Origin: an uncultured Alphaproteobacteria bacterium
GTDB taxonomy: Bacteria > Pseudomonadota > Alphaproteobacteria > SP197
Direction: 5' to 3'
Assembly (NCBI GenBank): GCA_943787175.1
Contig: CALSLK010000016.1
Location: forward strand, 34,649 to 98,648
DNA: 64,000 nucleotides
The notes under the pieces are model-generated. The model was not told the origin of the DNA, searched no databases, and was given only the letters and a program-made list of their open reading frames with translations. A program made the position numbers and the translations under genes. This document shows, one piece after another, positions 30,472 through 42,407 of the stretch. Numbering within the stretch: position 1 is the stretch's first letter; each line of letters starts with the position of its first letter.

Positions 30472-31404
30472 ATGACACAGGCTCCAACCCCCACTTCATC
30501 GTCTGAATCAGCTGCGGTTGCGATCTTTCTGGTTTCGTTATCGATCCTCTGCTTTGGGTTATCTGATGCGTTGGTAAAGTGGATCGCCGACATTTATGAC
30601 GCCACGCAGATCATCATGATCCGCAGTCTTGTTGCTCTGCCCTTGATTGCCATTCTGCTGTCGCGAGCAGGAACCTGGAACAAGTTGAAGGACGTCCAGC
30701 AGGGCTGGCTTGTCTCGCGCGTGGTGTTTGGCGCGATGTCTTTCGTGACGTTCATTCAGGCGCTGAAATTCCTGCCGCTTGCCGAGACGATCGCTGTCAC
30801 CTTTGCCGGTCCATTGTTCATTACCGCCCTTAGCGTCCCGCTCCTGGGTGAGAAAGTCGGCCCACGTCGTTGGGCTGCGGTGGTTGTTGGTCTGGTTGGT
30901 GTGGTGATCATCATGCGGCCAGGCGCCAATGTGTTTCAGCCTGCAGCACTTTGGGCCCTGGGTTCAGCGGCGCTGTATGCGCTTGCTGCCATATCAACAC
31001 GCAAGCTTGCCATGCGGACGCCCACCAGCGTGATCCTGGCCTGGGTAAATTTCTATGTGCTGATCATGATGACGACGGGCGTTTTGATTTTTGACACGTG
31101 GGTTACACCCACGCTGTTCGATTTGATGTTTCTGGTGGGTATCGGCCTTGCCAGCACGGTGGGCCAGTATCTGGGCGTCGAAGCCTATCGCCGCGCTCAG
31201 CCGTCCATGCTTGCGCCGTTCGACTATACTGCCCTGGTCTGGGGTGCGCTGTTGGGCTTCATGATCTGGGGTGAGATACCGTCCTGGAGCCTGGCTGCAG
31301 GTTCGGTCGTTCTGGTGGCCAGCGGTCTTTACATCCTGCATCGCGAAACCGTTCGGTCCAGCCGTGCTGTCACCGGTTGGCGCGGCCTTCGTCGGTGGCG
31401 TTAG
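30472..31404 (+). CDS. DMT/EamA family transporter
   Basis: LLGEKVGPRRW and APFDYTAL; tandem paralog. Confidence 0.85.
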   Translation: MTQAPTPTSSSESAAVAIFLVSLSILCFGLSDALVKWIADIYDATQIIMIRSLVALPLIAILLSRAGTWNKLKDVQQGWLVSRVVFGAMSFVTFIQALKFLPLAETIAVTFAGPLFITALSVPLLGEKVGPRRWAAVVVGLVGVVIIMRPGANVFQPAALWALGSAALYALAAISTRKLAMRTPTSVILAWVNFYVLIMMTTGVLIFDTWVTPTLFDLMFLVGIGLASTVGQYLGVEAYRRAQPSMLAPFDYTALVWGALLGFMIWGEIPSWSLAAGSVVLVASGLYILHRETVRSSRAVTGWRGLRRWR

Positions 31405-31519
31405 AGGGCGCAATCATCCGAGCAGATTAGAATTCTGCTGTCTGGTAGTTGCCTGAAACATGTAGCAACGGGGACGGGTTTGATCTACTGGCTTTGGCAC
31501 CAGAAACCAGCCAGACAAG

Positions 31520-31879
31520 GTGTCGCACATGCAGTCCATTACCAAGCTTGATCAGGCTCCTTCCAGTGAACCAGATACCAGCGATATCGCGGGCTGGGTC
31601 GTTGTTGAGGGGAACCCGACGATGAAAACCTGGGCACTGCACACCAGCAAGGATGGCGCCATGCTTTCCGGAATCTGGGAAGCAACGCCGGGCACCTATC
31701 ATGCGACCTACTCGGCCTACGAATTTGTTCACATGATCGCTGGTCGCATTGTCATCACGCCCGATGGCGGAACCCCTGTGACGGTTCAGGCCGGCGATGC
31801 CTTTGTTGTAGAGAGCGACTTCAAGGGTACATGGAAGATCGAGGAAGCGGTGCGCAAACACTTTGATTTCAAGCTGTGA
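31520..31879 (+). CDS. Cupin (EutQ/DUF861-like)
   Basis: SGIWEATPG and EFVHMIAGRI. Confidence 0.8.
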   Translation: MSHMQSITKLDQAPSSEPDTSDIAGWVVVEGNPTMKTWALHTSKDGAMLSGIWEATPGTYHATYSAYEFVHMIAGRIVITPDGGTPVTVQAGDAFVVESDFKGTWKIEEAVRKHFDFKL

Positions 31880-31890
31880 AATCGCGTCTG

Positions 31891-32907
31891 TCACGGCTGA
31901 AAGGTGATGGTTTCGATCGTTGAGGCAATCACCTGCTCGGTGCCGTTGATATCACGCAGGACGGATACCATGCCTACATAGGTGCCCTGGGGCCATCCGG
32001 CCTCGGGCACGCGGCGGCCGACGAAGTTGAACTGGGCCGCGCGGTTGCGGTCCATTGCCACCGTGTTGGTGATGGTGTCGAAGTTGTCGGGGAACACGAG
32101 TTCAAAACGTATCTGGTCGCCTTCGAGCAAGCCAAAGAACTCGGACCAGAAGACCAGAGCGCCTGTATCCTCATGCAGAACGAAGTCGTTATAGGTGCCC
32201 TCGCGGGCAGCACGATAGTCGGCGGATTCATCGGCAAACCCCGCCTGCAGCAAACCGCCGGCGACATAGTCGAGTTGTGCCAGAGCCTGGGGACTCCACA
32301 GCGGCTCGATGGGGTCGCCACAGACGTAGGCTTCCAAGGTCCCGGCGAAGGGGTCGATATCGATCCCGTCGTGACTGACGCCAAGATGGACATGGGGGAA
32401 CTGCGTGTTCCCCGATAAACCCATCTTTCCCAGAACCTGGCCAACATTGACCGTGTCGCCCACGGCAACGATGACGCTGCCTTTCATCATGTGGGAGTAC
32501 TGCGTAATCCAGCCATCGCCGTGATCAATGCGTACGCCATTGCCGGCGTCTCGGCCGTCAAGTGCGTCGCGGCCGATGTCGTCGACGAGTATGTCCTCCA
32601 TCGAATTCCGGACTCCCACGACAATGCCTGGCGCCGAAGCCAGGACATCCACACCTTCGCGCATCTGCGTCATGGTTAGCGCACGCAGGTCGACCCCGTC
32701 ATGACCGTCATAAACGAGGGGGCCACATGTGTAGTCTGCGGCTTCCTTGCCGGGCACGTGGTCGAAGTGGTTCTGAATAAAACAGTCCACTCCCATGGCG
32801 CAGTCCAGGGGCAGTTCGAGGCTGGGCCGGTCTGCCAGGGCCGCGTGGCTGTTGCCCGCAAGCGTGATGAGGACCGCAAGGATGCGCAGAGATATCGGCA
32901 AACTCAT
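31891..32907 (-). CDS. M23 family metallopeptidase
   Basis: HDGVD (HxxxD), YSHM, PHVHL (HxH); signal peptide; start couples to the chvG stop (ATGA). Confidence 0.85.
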   Translation of the reverse strand: MSLPISLRILAVLITLAGNSHAALADRPSLELPLDCAMGVDCFIQNHFDHVPGKEAADYTCGPLVYDGHDGVDLRALTMTQMREGVDVLASAPGIVVGVRNSMEDILVDDIGRDALDGRDAGNGVRIDHGDGWITQYSHMMKGSVIVAVGDTVNVGQVLGKMGLSGNTQFPHVHLGVSHDGIDIDPFAGTLEAYVCGDPIEPLWSPQALAQLDYVAGGLLQAGFADESADYRAAREGTYNDFVLHEDTGALVFWSEFFGLLEGDQIRFELVFPDNFDTITNTVAMDRNRAAQFNFVGRRVPEAGWPQGTYVGMVSVLRDINGTEQVIASTIETITFQP

Positions 32908-34616
32908 GGAGCCTCTCTGGTGGCAGGGAGGCGCACGGTGAAACAAGCTCCCTCAGGACGATCGGGATCGTCACCAAGGTACCCCGCGCGGATCGAACCG
33001 CCATGGGCTTCAATGATCTGCTTTGAGATGCTGAGGCCAAGGCCCGAATGTGTTCCGAACTTCTCACCTTCCGGGCGGTCGCTGTAGAAGCGGCCGAAGA
33101 TAGCCTCTTCCTTGCCAGCGGGGATGCCTGGTCCCTGGTCGCTGATGGTGAGCTCGACCCAACGCCCTTCCTGGCGGCAGTCAATGAGCACGACACCCTC
33201 GGGCGGACTGAAGGACCGTGCATTGGCAAGAAGATTGCCCAGGACCTGAATGACACGATCTTCAACGCCTCGGACTAGATACCGGCCTTCGATATCGTCA
33301 CGGTCGAGTTCCGGGCCAAGCTCCAGAAACGGCCCGTCTTCTCCCCAAGTTGTGCGCAAGACGGTTGCCAAGGCACCAAGCAGCATTCCGAGGTCGATCT
33401 GCTCAGTGGTCGCGCGGCTCAATTCGGCATCAAGCCTGGAAGCGACAGAGATATCAGTGATCAGTCGATCAATTCGCCGAAGATCCTCGATGGCGATGCG
33501 CATCAGGGTCTCACGGCGTGGTTCGTCCTCGATGCGCGGGAGGATCTCCAGAGCGCTTTTCAGTGAGGAGAGCGGGTTCTTGATTTCGTGGGCAACGTCG
33601 GCGGCGAACTGTTCGGTTGCCGTCATGCGCTGTTCCAGCGCATCGGTCATGTCGATCAGTGCGCGTGAAAGCTCACCGATCTCGTCACCGCGTGCTCCGA
33701 AGTCGGGAATGGATCCAGCCTGACCACAGCCATATCGAACATTGTCTGCGGCTTCGGCAAGTCGGCGAACTGGTCGTGCAATGGTGCCTGCGAGGTAGAA
33801 GGACATAAGGACCGTGATGGCAAAGGCGACGAGTGCCAGACCCAGAATATCGCTGCGCACAGCGCGTAGCTCAGTCTCGACATCTGCCAGGTTTGAGGAA
33901 AGGAGCAGAGCTCCCTGAACCTGCCGGTAATGACTGACCGGGACGGCGACAGTCAGGATGAGGCCATCACGGCCGGCATCACGCAGGGCATGATCGACTT
34001 CGCCGACCAGGGCTGCGCCCAGTTCCGGATAATCGGCCGCCGTTTGTACGGCGTGTTCGACATAGGGTTCGTAGTGGCTGAACACCGGAGTAACACCCAG
34101 TGCGACACGGTCGATCCTGCGCAGCCAGCGCTCGAACCCAGGCTCATCGCCAGGTGGTGGCAAGGCTTCTGCCTGCACCAGACCACCCACACCCAGAAGC
34201 TGTCGGCTGTCGGCAATCATTTCACCGGTTGTCTGGAACAGGCGCGCACGGGTACCGCCAACGACCATGACACGACGTACCAGTGAGCGTGCCTGCGTTT
34301 CCATGATGTGGGTGATGGGTGGCTGTGTGATGTCGTCAAGGCCGACGGCGACGACCGTTTCACCCAAGGCGCCGGCGATGACCTGTCCATGGGCGGACAA
34401 CGAATCGACCTTGGCGGCGATCAGGCCTTCGCGGTAGTTGTCGAGGTAGAGAACACCAACAAGAAACACGGCAAGCGGCACCAGATTGATGGCCAGCAGT
34501 TTGCGCGTGAGCGAAGACGTCGGACGACGGTCGGCGGCATCGCCTTCCAGATCGTCCGCCGTCTGCTCTCGACGGTCGCGTGCAGCGCTCTCAACGGCCC
34601 CCTGTAAGCTGGTCAT
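32904..34616 (-). CDS. chvG: Sensor histidine kinase ChvG/ExoS
   Basis: SSLTRKLLAINL, HAMP, DVAHEIKNPLSS, GTHSGLGLSIS; downstream of chvI. Confidence 0.9.
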   Translation of the reverse strand: MTSLQGAVESAARDRREQTADDLEGDAADRRPTSSLTRKLLAINLVPLAVFLVGVLYLDNYREGLIAAKVDSLSAHGQVIAGALGETVVAVGLDDITQPPITHIMETQARSLVRRVMVVGGTRARLFQTTGEMIADSRQLLGVGGLVQAEALPPPGDEPGFERWLRRIDRVALGVTPVFSHYEPYVEHAVQTAADYPELGAALVGEVDHALRDAGRDGLILTVAVPVSHYRQVQGALLLSSNLADVETELRAVRSDILGLALVAFAITVLMSFYLAGTIARPVRRLAEAADNVRYGCGQAGSIPDFGARGDEIGELSRALIDMTDALEQRMTATEQFAADVAHEIKNPLSSLKSALEILPRIEDEPRRETLMRIAIEDLRRIDRLITDISVASRLDAELSRATTEQIDLGMLLGALATVLRTTWGEDGPFLELGPELDRDDIEGRYLVRGVEDRVIQVLGNLLANARSFSPPEGVVLIDCRQEGRWVELTISDQGPGIPAGKEEAIFGRFYSDRPEGEKFGTHSGLGLSISKQIIEAHGGSIRAGYLGDDPDRPEGACFTVRLPATREAP

Positions 34617-34623
34617 ACGCGGC

Positions 34624-35331
34624 TCACGCCTCCTTATACCGATAACCGACGCCATATAGGGTCTCGATCTGTGAGAATGCCCCGTCGACCGAACGGAATT
34701 TCTTGCGGATACGTTTGATGTGGCTGTCGATCGTGCGGTCATCGACATAGATGTTTTCGTCATAGGCCGCGTCAAGCAGCTGATCGCGGCTCTTCACGTG
34801 CCCGGGCCGCAGTGCAAGCGACTTCAGGATCAGGAACTCGGTGACGGTCAGGGTGACGACATCACCCTTCCATTTGCACTGATGGCGCGCGGGGTCGAGC
34901 ACGAGTTGGCCGCGCGCCATCGGCGGCTCGTCGTTTTCGTCTTCGTCGCGCAGACCCGGATGCAAGCTCCATGCGGCGCAGCACGGCACGAATGCGTTCG
35001 GTCAGGAGGCGCAGACGAGAAGGGCTTGGTGATGTAGTCGTCCGCACCCATGCGCAATCCCAGCGCCTCATCGGTCTCGTCGGCCAGCGAGGTCAGGAAA
35101 ATGACGGGCAGATCCTGCTCACGGCCGCAGCCGTGTCAGGAGTTCCATACCGTCCAGGCGCGGCATCTTGATGTCGAGGACCGCCAGGTCCGGCGGTGTC
35201 TCCGCGATCGCGTGCAGGGCCTCCACGCTGTCGGAATAGCTCCGCACCGTGTAACCCTCGGCTTCGAGCGCCATGGAAACCGACGTCAGAATGTTCCGAT
35301 CATCGTCGACTAGTGCAATGGTTTGAGTCAC
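34624..35331 (-). CDS. chvI: Response regulator ChvI (three apparent frameshifts, probably sequence errors)
   Basis: GTG start, [26 protein letters not shown], and C-terminal [15 protein letters not shown]...GVGYRY, spread over different frames. Confidence 0.85.
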
Positions 35332-35458
35332 AGGAAGATAGCTCGCGCGTTCAATGGTGGATTGTGTTGCAAGCATCAGTCTAGCACCCCCTAAGGCAGA
35401 ATTGCAGGTGGCGCCCCATGCGCCCGTTCTTGATGTGGAACCAGACCAAGGCAAGACT

Positions 35459-36166
35459 ATGACCGAACAGAGACCAATTGCAGGCGCACGTGCCCTGCTA
35501 CGCCAATGTCGATACGCATCTCTGGCCACATTGACCCGGGATGGCGCCCCGTTTGCCTCTCTGGCCGCGATGTCGAGTGATGCCTCGGGAGCGCCCCTCC
35601 TGCTGCTCTCTGATCTTGCGCGCCATAGTAAAAACATCGCTGGCGACACACGGGTTTCGCTGTTGCTTGATGCCACGGGTGATGGTGATGAGCGTCTGAC
35701 CGGAAGTCGCCTGACCTTGGCCGGAACGCTCGCAACCTGCGCACGCGATGACGGTCTTCAGCGTCGATACCTGGCGCAACATCCCGAGTCGGCCATGTTG
35801 CTGGAGATGTCCGATTTTCACTTTTACCGCATGACAGTGGAATCGGGACACCTGGTCGCCGGGTTCGGCAGGATAGATACGATTGGCCCCGATGACCTTC
35901 TCGTTGCGCCCGAATTGGCCCAGGAAATTGCTGTAATCGAGCAGGGAGCCATGGATCATATGGCTGATGATCACGCGGACGCTGTTGCGGTGTTGAGTGG
36001 GTTAGACGAGCCGTCGAAGCTTGTGGCGATCGATGCTGACGGCATGTCACTGGTTGCCGGAGCGCGGTCTGTTCGGGTCATGTTCTCCGAGCGGATCGAT
36101 GCGGCATCCCAGTTGCGCACAGCCATTGCAAAGGTTGTCAGACAAATTCGCAGAAATTTAGGATAA
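35459..36166 (+). CDS. HugZ/pyridoxamine-5'-phosphate oxidase-like protein (DUF2470)
   Basis: [30 protein letters not shown]. Confidence 0.85.
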   Translation: MTEQRPIAGARALLRQCRYASLATLTRDGAPFASLAAMSSDASGAPLLLLSDLARHSKNIAGDTRVSLLLDATGDGDERLTGSRLTLAGTLATCARDDGLQRRYLAQHPESAMLLEMSDFHFYRMTVESGHLVAGFGRIDTIGPDDLLVAPELAQEIAVIEQGAMDHMADDHADAVAVLSGLDEPSKLVAIDADGMSLVAGARSVRVMFSERIDAASQLRTAIAKVVRQIRRNLG

Positions 36167-36299
36167 ATCGCGAGTCGCCAGTTGATTCCGGCCTTGCCTT
36201 GGCGCGAACCATCGGCTTTGAATCAGAACAATATGGAACGAGTCGTGGTGCGCGACGTTCCGTTTCCGCAAGAAGACAGACCGGGAGGTCTCAAACATC

Positions 36300-37913
36300 A
36301 TGGCTATCCATGGACCAGTCCACAGCTCAGTTGGACTGGAGACACACGGCTTTTCTAATCTGGCAGACCAACATTGGAACATCGGAACCGCGGGGCTCTT
36401 TGAGCGCGCATTGCAGAATGGAGAAGGTCAAGCCGCGGCCGATGGCCCGCTTGTCGTTCTGACCGGCCAACACACAGGCAGATCAGCCAATGACAAGTTC
36501 ATTGTGCGCGACAGTGTGACCGATGAGACGGTCAACTGGGGCAAGGTCAATGTCTCCATGGACCCGGCCTATTTTCAGACCCTGAAAAGCAGGATGCTGG
36601 CCTATTATCAGGGCCGGGATGCCTATGTGCAGGATCTCTATGGCGGCGCAGACCCGGAATTCCGCGTGAAGGTACGCGTGGTGACCGAACAGGCCTGGCA
36701 TAACCTCTTTGCCAGTCACCTGCTGATTGTCCCAACCACAGACGAGCGTGCTGAGTTCGCTCCGGACTTCACGATCATTCAGGCGCCGGGCTTTTTGGCC
36801 GACCCTGCAGTCGACGGAAGCCGATCACAGACCGTGATCGCCATGGATTTCACCGAGCGACTCGTGCTGATTGCCGGCACGTCTTATGCCGGTGAGATCA
36901 AGAAGTCTGTCTTCTCGATCCTCAACTTCCAGCTTCCCCCGCGTGACGTGTTGCCGATGCATTGTTCGGTCAATGTTGGTGAATCAGGCGATTCGGCTGT
37001 GTTCTTCGGTCTGTCGGGTACCGGCAAGACGACATTGTCAGCTGATCCCCATCGTACGCTGATTGGCGATGACGAACATGGCTGGGGCGAGAATGGTGTC
37101 TTCAACTTTGAAGGCGGCTGTTACGCCAAGGTGATCCGCCTGTCCCAGGAAGCCGAGCCCGAGATCTTTGCCACGACGCAACGGTTCGGAACCGTCCTTG
37201 AGAACGTCGTGATGGACGAGCACAGCCGGAAGCTCGATCTGGACGATGCGCGCTACACCGAGAATACCCGCGCGGCCTATCCGCTGGACTTCATTCCCAA
37301 CGCTTCGCCCACCGGGCATGCGGGGCACCCCGACAATGTGGTCATGCTGACGGCCGATGCGTTCGGCGTCCTGCCCCCTATCTCCAAGCTGACGGCCGAG
37401 CAGGCGATGTACCACTTCCTGTCGGGCTACACCGCAAAGGTCGCCGGCACGGAGAAGGGCCTGGGCAACGAGCCTCAGGCGACCTTCTCGACCTGCTTTG
37501 GTGCGCCGTTCATGCCGCGCCACCCGTCGGTCTATGCTCGGATGCTGGCTGACAAGATCAACAAGCACGGCTCTGATTGCTGGTTGGTCAACACGGGCTG
37601 GTCTGGTGGCGCCTATGGCGTTGGCGAGCGCATGTCGATCCGCCACACCAGGGCGCTGCTCAACGCAGCGCTCGATGGCACCCTGGCCAAGGGCAGCTTC
37701 AAGAGGGACGAGAACTTTGGCGTTCATGGTTCCCGAAGCCTGCCCGGGTGTGCCCGATGACGTGCTGAACCCGCGTGCAACCTGGTCGGACAAGGACTGC
37801 CTATGATGCTCAGGCGCGCGATCTCTGCGCCCGGTTCCACAAGAACTTCGAGGTGTTCAACGATTACGTCGATCAGCCGGTGCGTGACGCCGGGCCTAAA
37901 TCTGGCTGCCTGA
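36300..37913 (+). CDS. pckA: ATP-dependent PEP carboxykinase (frameshifts near the C-terminus)
   Basis: [29 protein letters not shown]. Frame breaks near 37725 and 37798; the tail YDAQARDL...FHKNF continues in another frame. Confidence 0.9.
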
Positions 37914-37979
37914 TCTGGCGCTTTGCCTGCGCCTGATCTGGGGTAGTGTTCCAGTCTGTCTGGAACACGGAGCCTGGTG

Positions 37980-38806
37980 ATGGACTAGGAATGTTGCGCT
38001 TCTCGAGCGGGTCGGTCCCGTCAGTTATCTGACCCTGAACCGACCCGACAGCCTCAACGCGGTCAACGACGACCTGCGTGTGCGGTTCATGGAACTGATC
38101 GACGAGGCCGACGCCGACCCGGAAAGCCGCGTCGTGGTCGTGCGGGGCGCGGGCCGGGCCTTCTGTGCCGGCTATGACATCGCCGGCGGTGACGATGGCG
38201 ACCAGAGCTGGAAGTCCGATCCCTATGTCTGGCGCGACTATCTCCACAAATGCCTCGAATTCGAAATGCGGCCCATGGATATCGGTCCAAGCCGGTGATC
38301 GCTTCGGTCGGGGGTTATGCCGTCGGCGGCGGCTGTGAACTCGCCATGTTCTGCGACCTCACGATCTGCTCGCACGACGCCAGGTTTGGCGAGCCCGAGA
38401 TCCGGTTCTCCGATGCCGGCCCGGCCATGATCATGCCCTTCATCGTGGGCCACAAACGTGCGCGCGAGATGCTCTATATGGGCGATCTGATCGATGCCCA
38501 GACGGCGCTGGAGTGCGGCATGGTCAACCGGGTGGTTCCGGGCGGATGAGCTCGAAGAGGCAACGCGCAAGTATGCCGAACGCTCTGGCGCTGATCGATC
38601 CCGAAGCACTGACCGGCACCAAGCTTGCCTTGCGCCGCGGCCTGGAAGCCGGCGGTTTCCGCACGGCCATGCGCAGCGGTGTCGATGTCTTGGCGCCCAT
38701 GTATGCCGCGACCACAGAGAGCGGCACGAAGTTCGAGGCCATCACGGAGAAGGAAGGCCTGCGTGCGGCGCTCAAGTGGCGCAACGCCCAGTTCAAGGAG
38801 TCCTGA
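37980..38806 (+). CDS. Enoyl-CoA hydratase/isomerase family protein (several frameshifts)
   Basis: [36 protein letters not shown] found across three or more frames. Confidence 0.75.
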
Positions 38807-38810
38807 CCGG

Positions 38811-38846
38811 AAAAGAAAGGAGCCGGTTCCTCTCAGAACCGGCTCC
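38811..38846 (-). terminator. Intrinsic terminator of the csp gene (possibly bidirectional)
   Basis: Perfect 11-bp stem GGAGCCGGTTC/GAACCGGCTCC with an A-tract at 38811-18 (U-tract on the minus strand). Confidence 0.75.
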
Positions 38847-38887
38847 CGACCTTCGTCCCCATGCGGGGGGCGAATTTCTGTAGTCGC

Positions 38888-39095
38888 TCACGACAAGCTG
38901 GAGATTGTCCGCTGCCGTGCGGCCGTCGCGGCCGGGCACGGTGTCGAATTCGACCTTCTGGCCTTCTTCAAGGCTGGAAAGACCAGCCTTTTCGAGCGCA
39001 CTGATGTGAACGAACACGTCCTTGTCGCCCTGGTCGGGAGCGATAAAGCCGTAGCCTTTGGTGGCGTTGAACCACTTGATAGTACCCGTCTGCAT
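38888..39095 (-). CDS. cspA: Cold-shock protein (stop apparently lost by a 1-nt insertion)
   Basis: [18 protein letters not shown]...VFVHIS...[15 protein letters not shown] instead of GTC-TGA gives read-through into the terminator. Paralog identity uncertain. Confidence 0.85.
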
Positions 39096-39313
39096 GGGAA
39101 AGAGAGTCTCCTTGAGACCATGACGCGGATGCGCCACGGGTCGGTGATAAAAATCGGATTTTGGAGATGGGCTGCCGGTGCGAACCCGGCCAGGACGCTT
39201 TTGCGCCCTCTGCTGCTCGTAGCGACAGACCAATTCGTCCGTCCGATAGAGGGAATGTGGGACGGAACAGGGACAGAATCCAGAAAAATCGAGTCGAAAC
39301 TCAAGCTGACGAC

Positions 39314-42049
39314 TCAGTGCGCCTCGTTCCAGTTGTTCCCCGCACCGGTTTCGACGGTCAATGGAACCGAGAGATGTGCTGCGCCTTCCATGACTTCTTT
39401 CACGCAGGCAGCGGTTGTTTCGGCCTCTGATTCGGACACCTCAAACAGCAGTTCATCGTGAACCTGCAACAGCATTTTGGCGCCAAGGCCCGCGTCCTTG
39501 AGTGCACCAGGCACGCGGTTCATGGCCCGTTTGATGATGTCGGCGGCAGAACCCTGAAGAGGTGCGTTGATCGCGGCACGCTCATAGAAGCCACGTGTGG
39601 ACGGGTTTTTGTCGTTGATGCCCGGTACATGGCATTTGCGACCATAGAGCGTGGTGACATAACCAAGCTCCTTGGCTTCCATCTTGGTGCGTTCCATGTA
39701 ATCGCGAATGCCGGGGTAACGCTCGAAGTAGGCTTCGATATAGGCCTTCGATTCGTCGCGACCGATGCCAAGTTGGCGTGCCAGGCCGAACGCACTGATG
39801 CCATAGATGATGCCAAAATTGATCGCCTTGGCTTTGCGCCGGGTTTCCGCATCCATGTCTTCCAAGGGAACAGAGAACACCTGACTTGCGGTCATCGCGT
39901 GAATATCGAGACCATCCATGAATGCCTGTTTCAGCGTGTCGATATCGGCAACGTGCGCCAGAAGACGCAATTCAATCTGCGAATAGTCAGCCGACAGAAG
40001 GACATGCCCTGGTTCGGCGACAAATGCATCGCGGATACGACGGCCTTCGGCCGTACGAATCGGGATGTTCTGCAGATTGGGGTCGGATGACGCCAGCCTG
40101 CCGGTTGATGCAGCAGCCATGGCGAAGGATGTATGGACACGTCCGGTCTCTGGATTGATCTGTTGAACTAGGGCGTCGGTGTAGGTGCTCTTGAGCTTGG
40201 AAAGCTGACGCCAGTCCAGAACCTTCTGGGGAAGTGCATGGCCCTGCACGGCGAGGCCGTCCAGGATGTCGGCCCCGGTGGCATAGGCGCCGGACTTGCC
40301 CTTCTTGCCGCCCGTGAGGCCCAGTTCGTCAAAGAGCACTTCGCCAAGTTGCTTGGGGGAACCGATCTTGAAGGGGTGGCCAGCCAGTTCGTGAATTTCC
40401 TTTTCGAGGTCCTGCATGCGATGGCCGAATTCGCCTGACATGCGTTCAAGCTCGACACGGTCGACCTTCACGCCGACCTGTTCCATCTCCGCGATCACGG
40501 GGATCAACGGGCGTTCAATCGATTGGTAGATGCGGGTGACGCGTTCCGGCGCCAGTCTTGGTTTCAATTCGTGCCACAGACGCAGAGTGATATCGGCGTC
40601 CTCGGCCGCGTAGTCCCGCGCCCGGTCAAGCGGAACGAAATCGAAGGTGATCTGCGACTTGCCGCTGCCGCAAACATCCTTGAACGGGATGGTCGTGTGA
40701 CCCAGGAAGAGTTGCGCCAGCGTATCCATCTTCTGGTCGTGCTGGCCGCCCTCCAGGCAGTGAGACAGAAGCATGGTGTCGTCGACCGGACTGACAGGTA
40801 CACCGACGCGCTGCAGGATCACCATATCGTATTTGATGTTATGGCCGACCTTGAGAACGGCTGGGTCATCAAGGAGAGGGCGTAACGCTTCCAAAGCCTC
40901 CGCCATGGGAATCTGCTTTGGTTTTTCCGAAAAGGCGTCAGGCGCCTTGTGATCCAGCGGGATGTAGCATCCGTTGCCCGGTGCTGTGGAAAGCGAGACG
41001 CCCACAAGCTCTGCTGTCATTTCATCAACGCTGGTGGTCTCGGTATCGACGGCCACGACGCCAGCCGCGGTCGCCTCGGCAATCCAGCGCTCCAGATCGG
41101 CCAACTCCTGAACCAGTTCGTAGTCTGCAGTTTGCACGGCCGGCGCGGCGGCCTGATCGCCAGCAGGAACGCTTGCCTTCTCACCCAGCCAGGCTTCGAC
41201 ACGGGCAGTGATTGTCCGGAACTCCTGGGATTGCAGGAAACCCAGCAGGGGTTCGGCCTCGGGGGGGCGCCGCACCAGAGTCTCGAGGCCTTGTTCCAGG
41301 GGAACATGTTGTTCCAGTGTCACAAGCTTCAGCGACATGCGCGCATCATCGGCATGGGCCAGGAGTTTCTCGCGACGTTTCGGCTGCTTGATCTCGCCTG
41401 CACGTTCCAGCAGCGTTTCGAGATCGCCATATTCATGAATCAACTGTGCCGCGGTTTTTACACCGATACCTGGGACACCAGGAACATTGTCGGCCGAGTC
41501 TCCGGCCAGTGCTTGGACCTCGGTCACCTTGTCAGGCGTCACGCCAAACTTTTCGAAGACCTCCGGCTCTCTGATTTCTTTGGTCTTCAGGCCGTCGAGC
41601 ATCATCACGCCCTCGCCGACCAACTGCATCATGTCCTTGTCGGATGAGACGATCGTGACCTCTGCGCCGGCTTCGCGGGCAAGGCGCGTGTACGTTGCGA
41701 TGATGTCATCGGCCTCATAACCCTCCATCTCGACAACGGGCAGGTTGAAGGCGCGGGCGGCCTCGCGAATCAGCGGAAATTGTGGCACCAGTTCTTCCGG
41801 CGTATCCGGGCGATGTGCCTTGTATTGATCATACAGTTCGTTGCGGAACGTCTTGGAGCTGTAATCAAAGACACAGGCGATGTGATCCGCATCGGTGCCG
41901 TCGATCAGCTTGATGATCATGTTGCAAAAGCCCATGACCGCATTGACCGGGGTCCCGTCAGACCGCGTCATGGGTGGCAGGGCATGAAAGGCACGGAAGA
42001 TGAACCCGGACCCGTCGATCAGATAGACATGTTTTGGTGTTTCAGCCAT
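39314..42049 (-). CDS. polA: DNA polymerase I
   Basis: 5' nuclease [37 protein letters not shown]; 911 aa, intact. Confidence 0.97.
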   Translation of the reverse strand: MAETPKHVYLIDGSGFIFRAFHALPPMTRSDGTPVNAVMGFCNMIIKLIDGTDADHIACVFDYSSKTFRNELYDQYKAHRPDTPEELVPQFPLIREAARAFNLPVVEMEGYEADDIIATYTRLAREAGAEVTIVSSDKDMMQLVGEGVMMLDGLKTKEIREPEVFEKFGVTPDKVTEVQALAGDSADNVPGVPGIGVKTAAQLIHEYGDLETLLERAGEIKQPKRREKLLAHADDARMSLKLVTLEQHVPLEQGLETLVRRPPEAEPLLGFLQSQEFRTITARVEAWLGEKASVPAGDQAAAPAVQTADYELVQELADLERWIAEATAAGVVAVDTETTSVDEMTAELVGVSLSTAPGNGCYIPLDHKAPDAFSEKPKQIPMAEALEALRPLLDDPAVLKVGHNIKYDMVILQRVGVPVSPVDDTMLLSHCLEGGQHDQKMDTLAQLFLGHTTIPFKDVCGSGKSQITFDFVPLDRARDYAAEDADITLRLWHELKPRLAPERVTRIYQSIERPLIPVIAEMEQVGVKVDRVELERMSGEFGHRMQDLEKEIHELAGHPFKIGSPKQLGEVLFDELGLTGGKKGKSGAYATGADILDGLAVQGHALPQKVLDWRQLSKLKSTYTDALVQQINPETGRVHTSFAMAAASTGRLASSDPNLQNIPIRTAEGRRIRDAFVAEPGHVLLSADYSQIELRLLAHVADIDTLKQAFMDGLDIHAMTASQVFSVPLEDMDAETRRKAKAINFGIIYGISAFGLARQLGIGRDESKAYIEAYFERYPGIRDYMERTKMEAKELGYVTTLYGRKCHVPGINDKNPSTRGFYERAAINAPLQGSAADIIKRAMNRVPGALKDAGLGAKMLLQVHDELLFEVSESEAETTAACVKEVMEGAAHLSVPLTVETGAGNNWNEAH

Positions 42050-42105
42050 GGCGTCAGCCTAGAGCAAATTGTGCGGAGGCTGCACCGAAAGTTCTGCCTG
42101 ATTTC

Positions 42106-42291
42106 TCAGGCTGCTGACGTTTCGCCCTTGAAACCCGTCCAGACAAAGCGTCGGTCGCAATAGCCGCAATCGACTGCGCCATGGGCATGGAGATCGTAAT
42201 AGACACGTGGATGCCCCAATGCGTCACCTCCGCCGTCGCAATGGACCTTGGCGTCTTGGGTTTCGATAACCTCGGGTGGATCGATGGGCAT
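42106..42291 (-). CDS. zf-CHCC zinc-finger protein
   Basis: CDGGGDALGHPRVY...CGYC. Confidence 0.85.
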   Translation of the reverse strand: MPIDPPEVIETQDAKVHCDGGGDALGHPRVYYDLHAHGAVDCGYCDRRFVWTGFKGETSAA

Positions 42292-42407
42292 GGCTGAATC
42301 TCCTGTTGGCCGGATCATACGAATAGCGCCGCCGCATGCAACGAACTTTGCAGATCGCATGCGTGTTGGCTCTGTTGTGCGTTGCAGGCTGGTGTATAAA
42401 CCGCGTC

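Noticed and set aside
38793-38887. Novel C-terminally extended cold-shock protein
   Set aside because: The extension runs through a perfect terminator hairpin; removing one G restores the canonical NLQLV* end.
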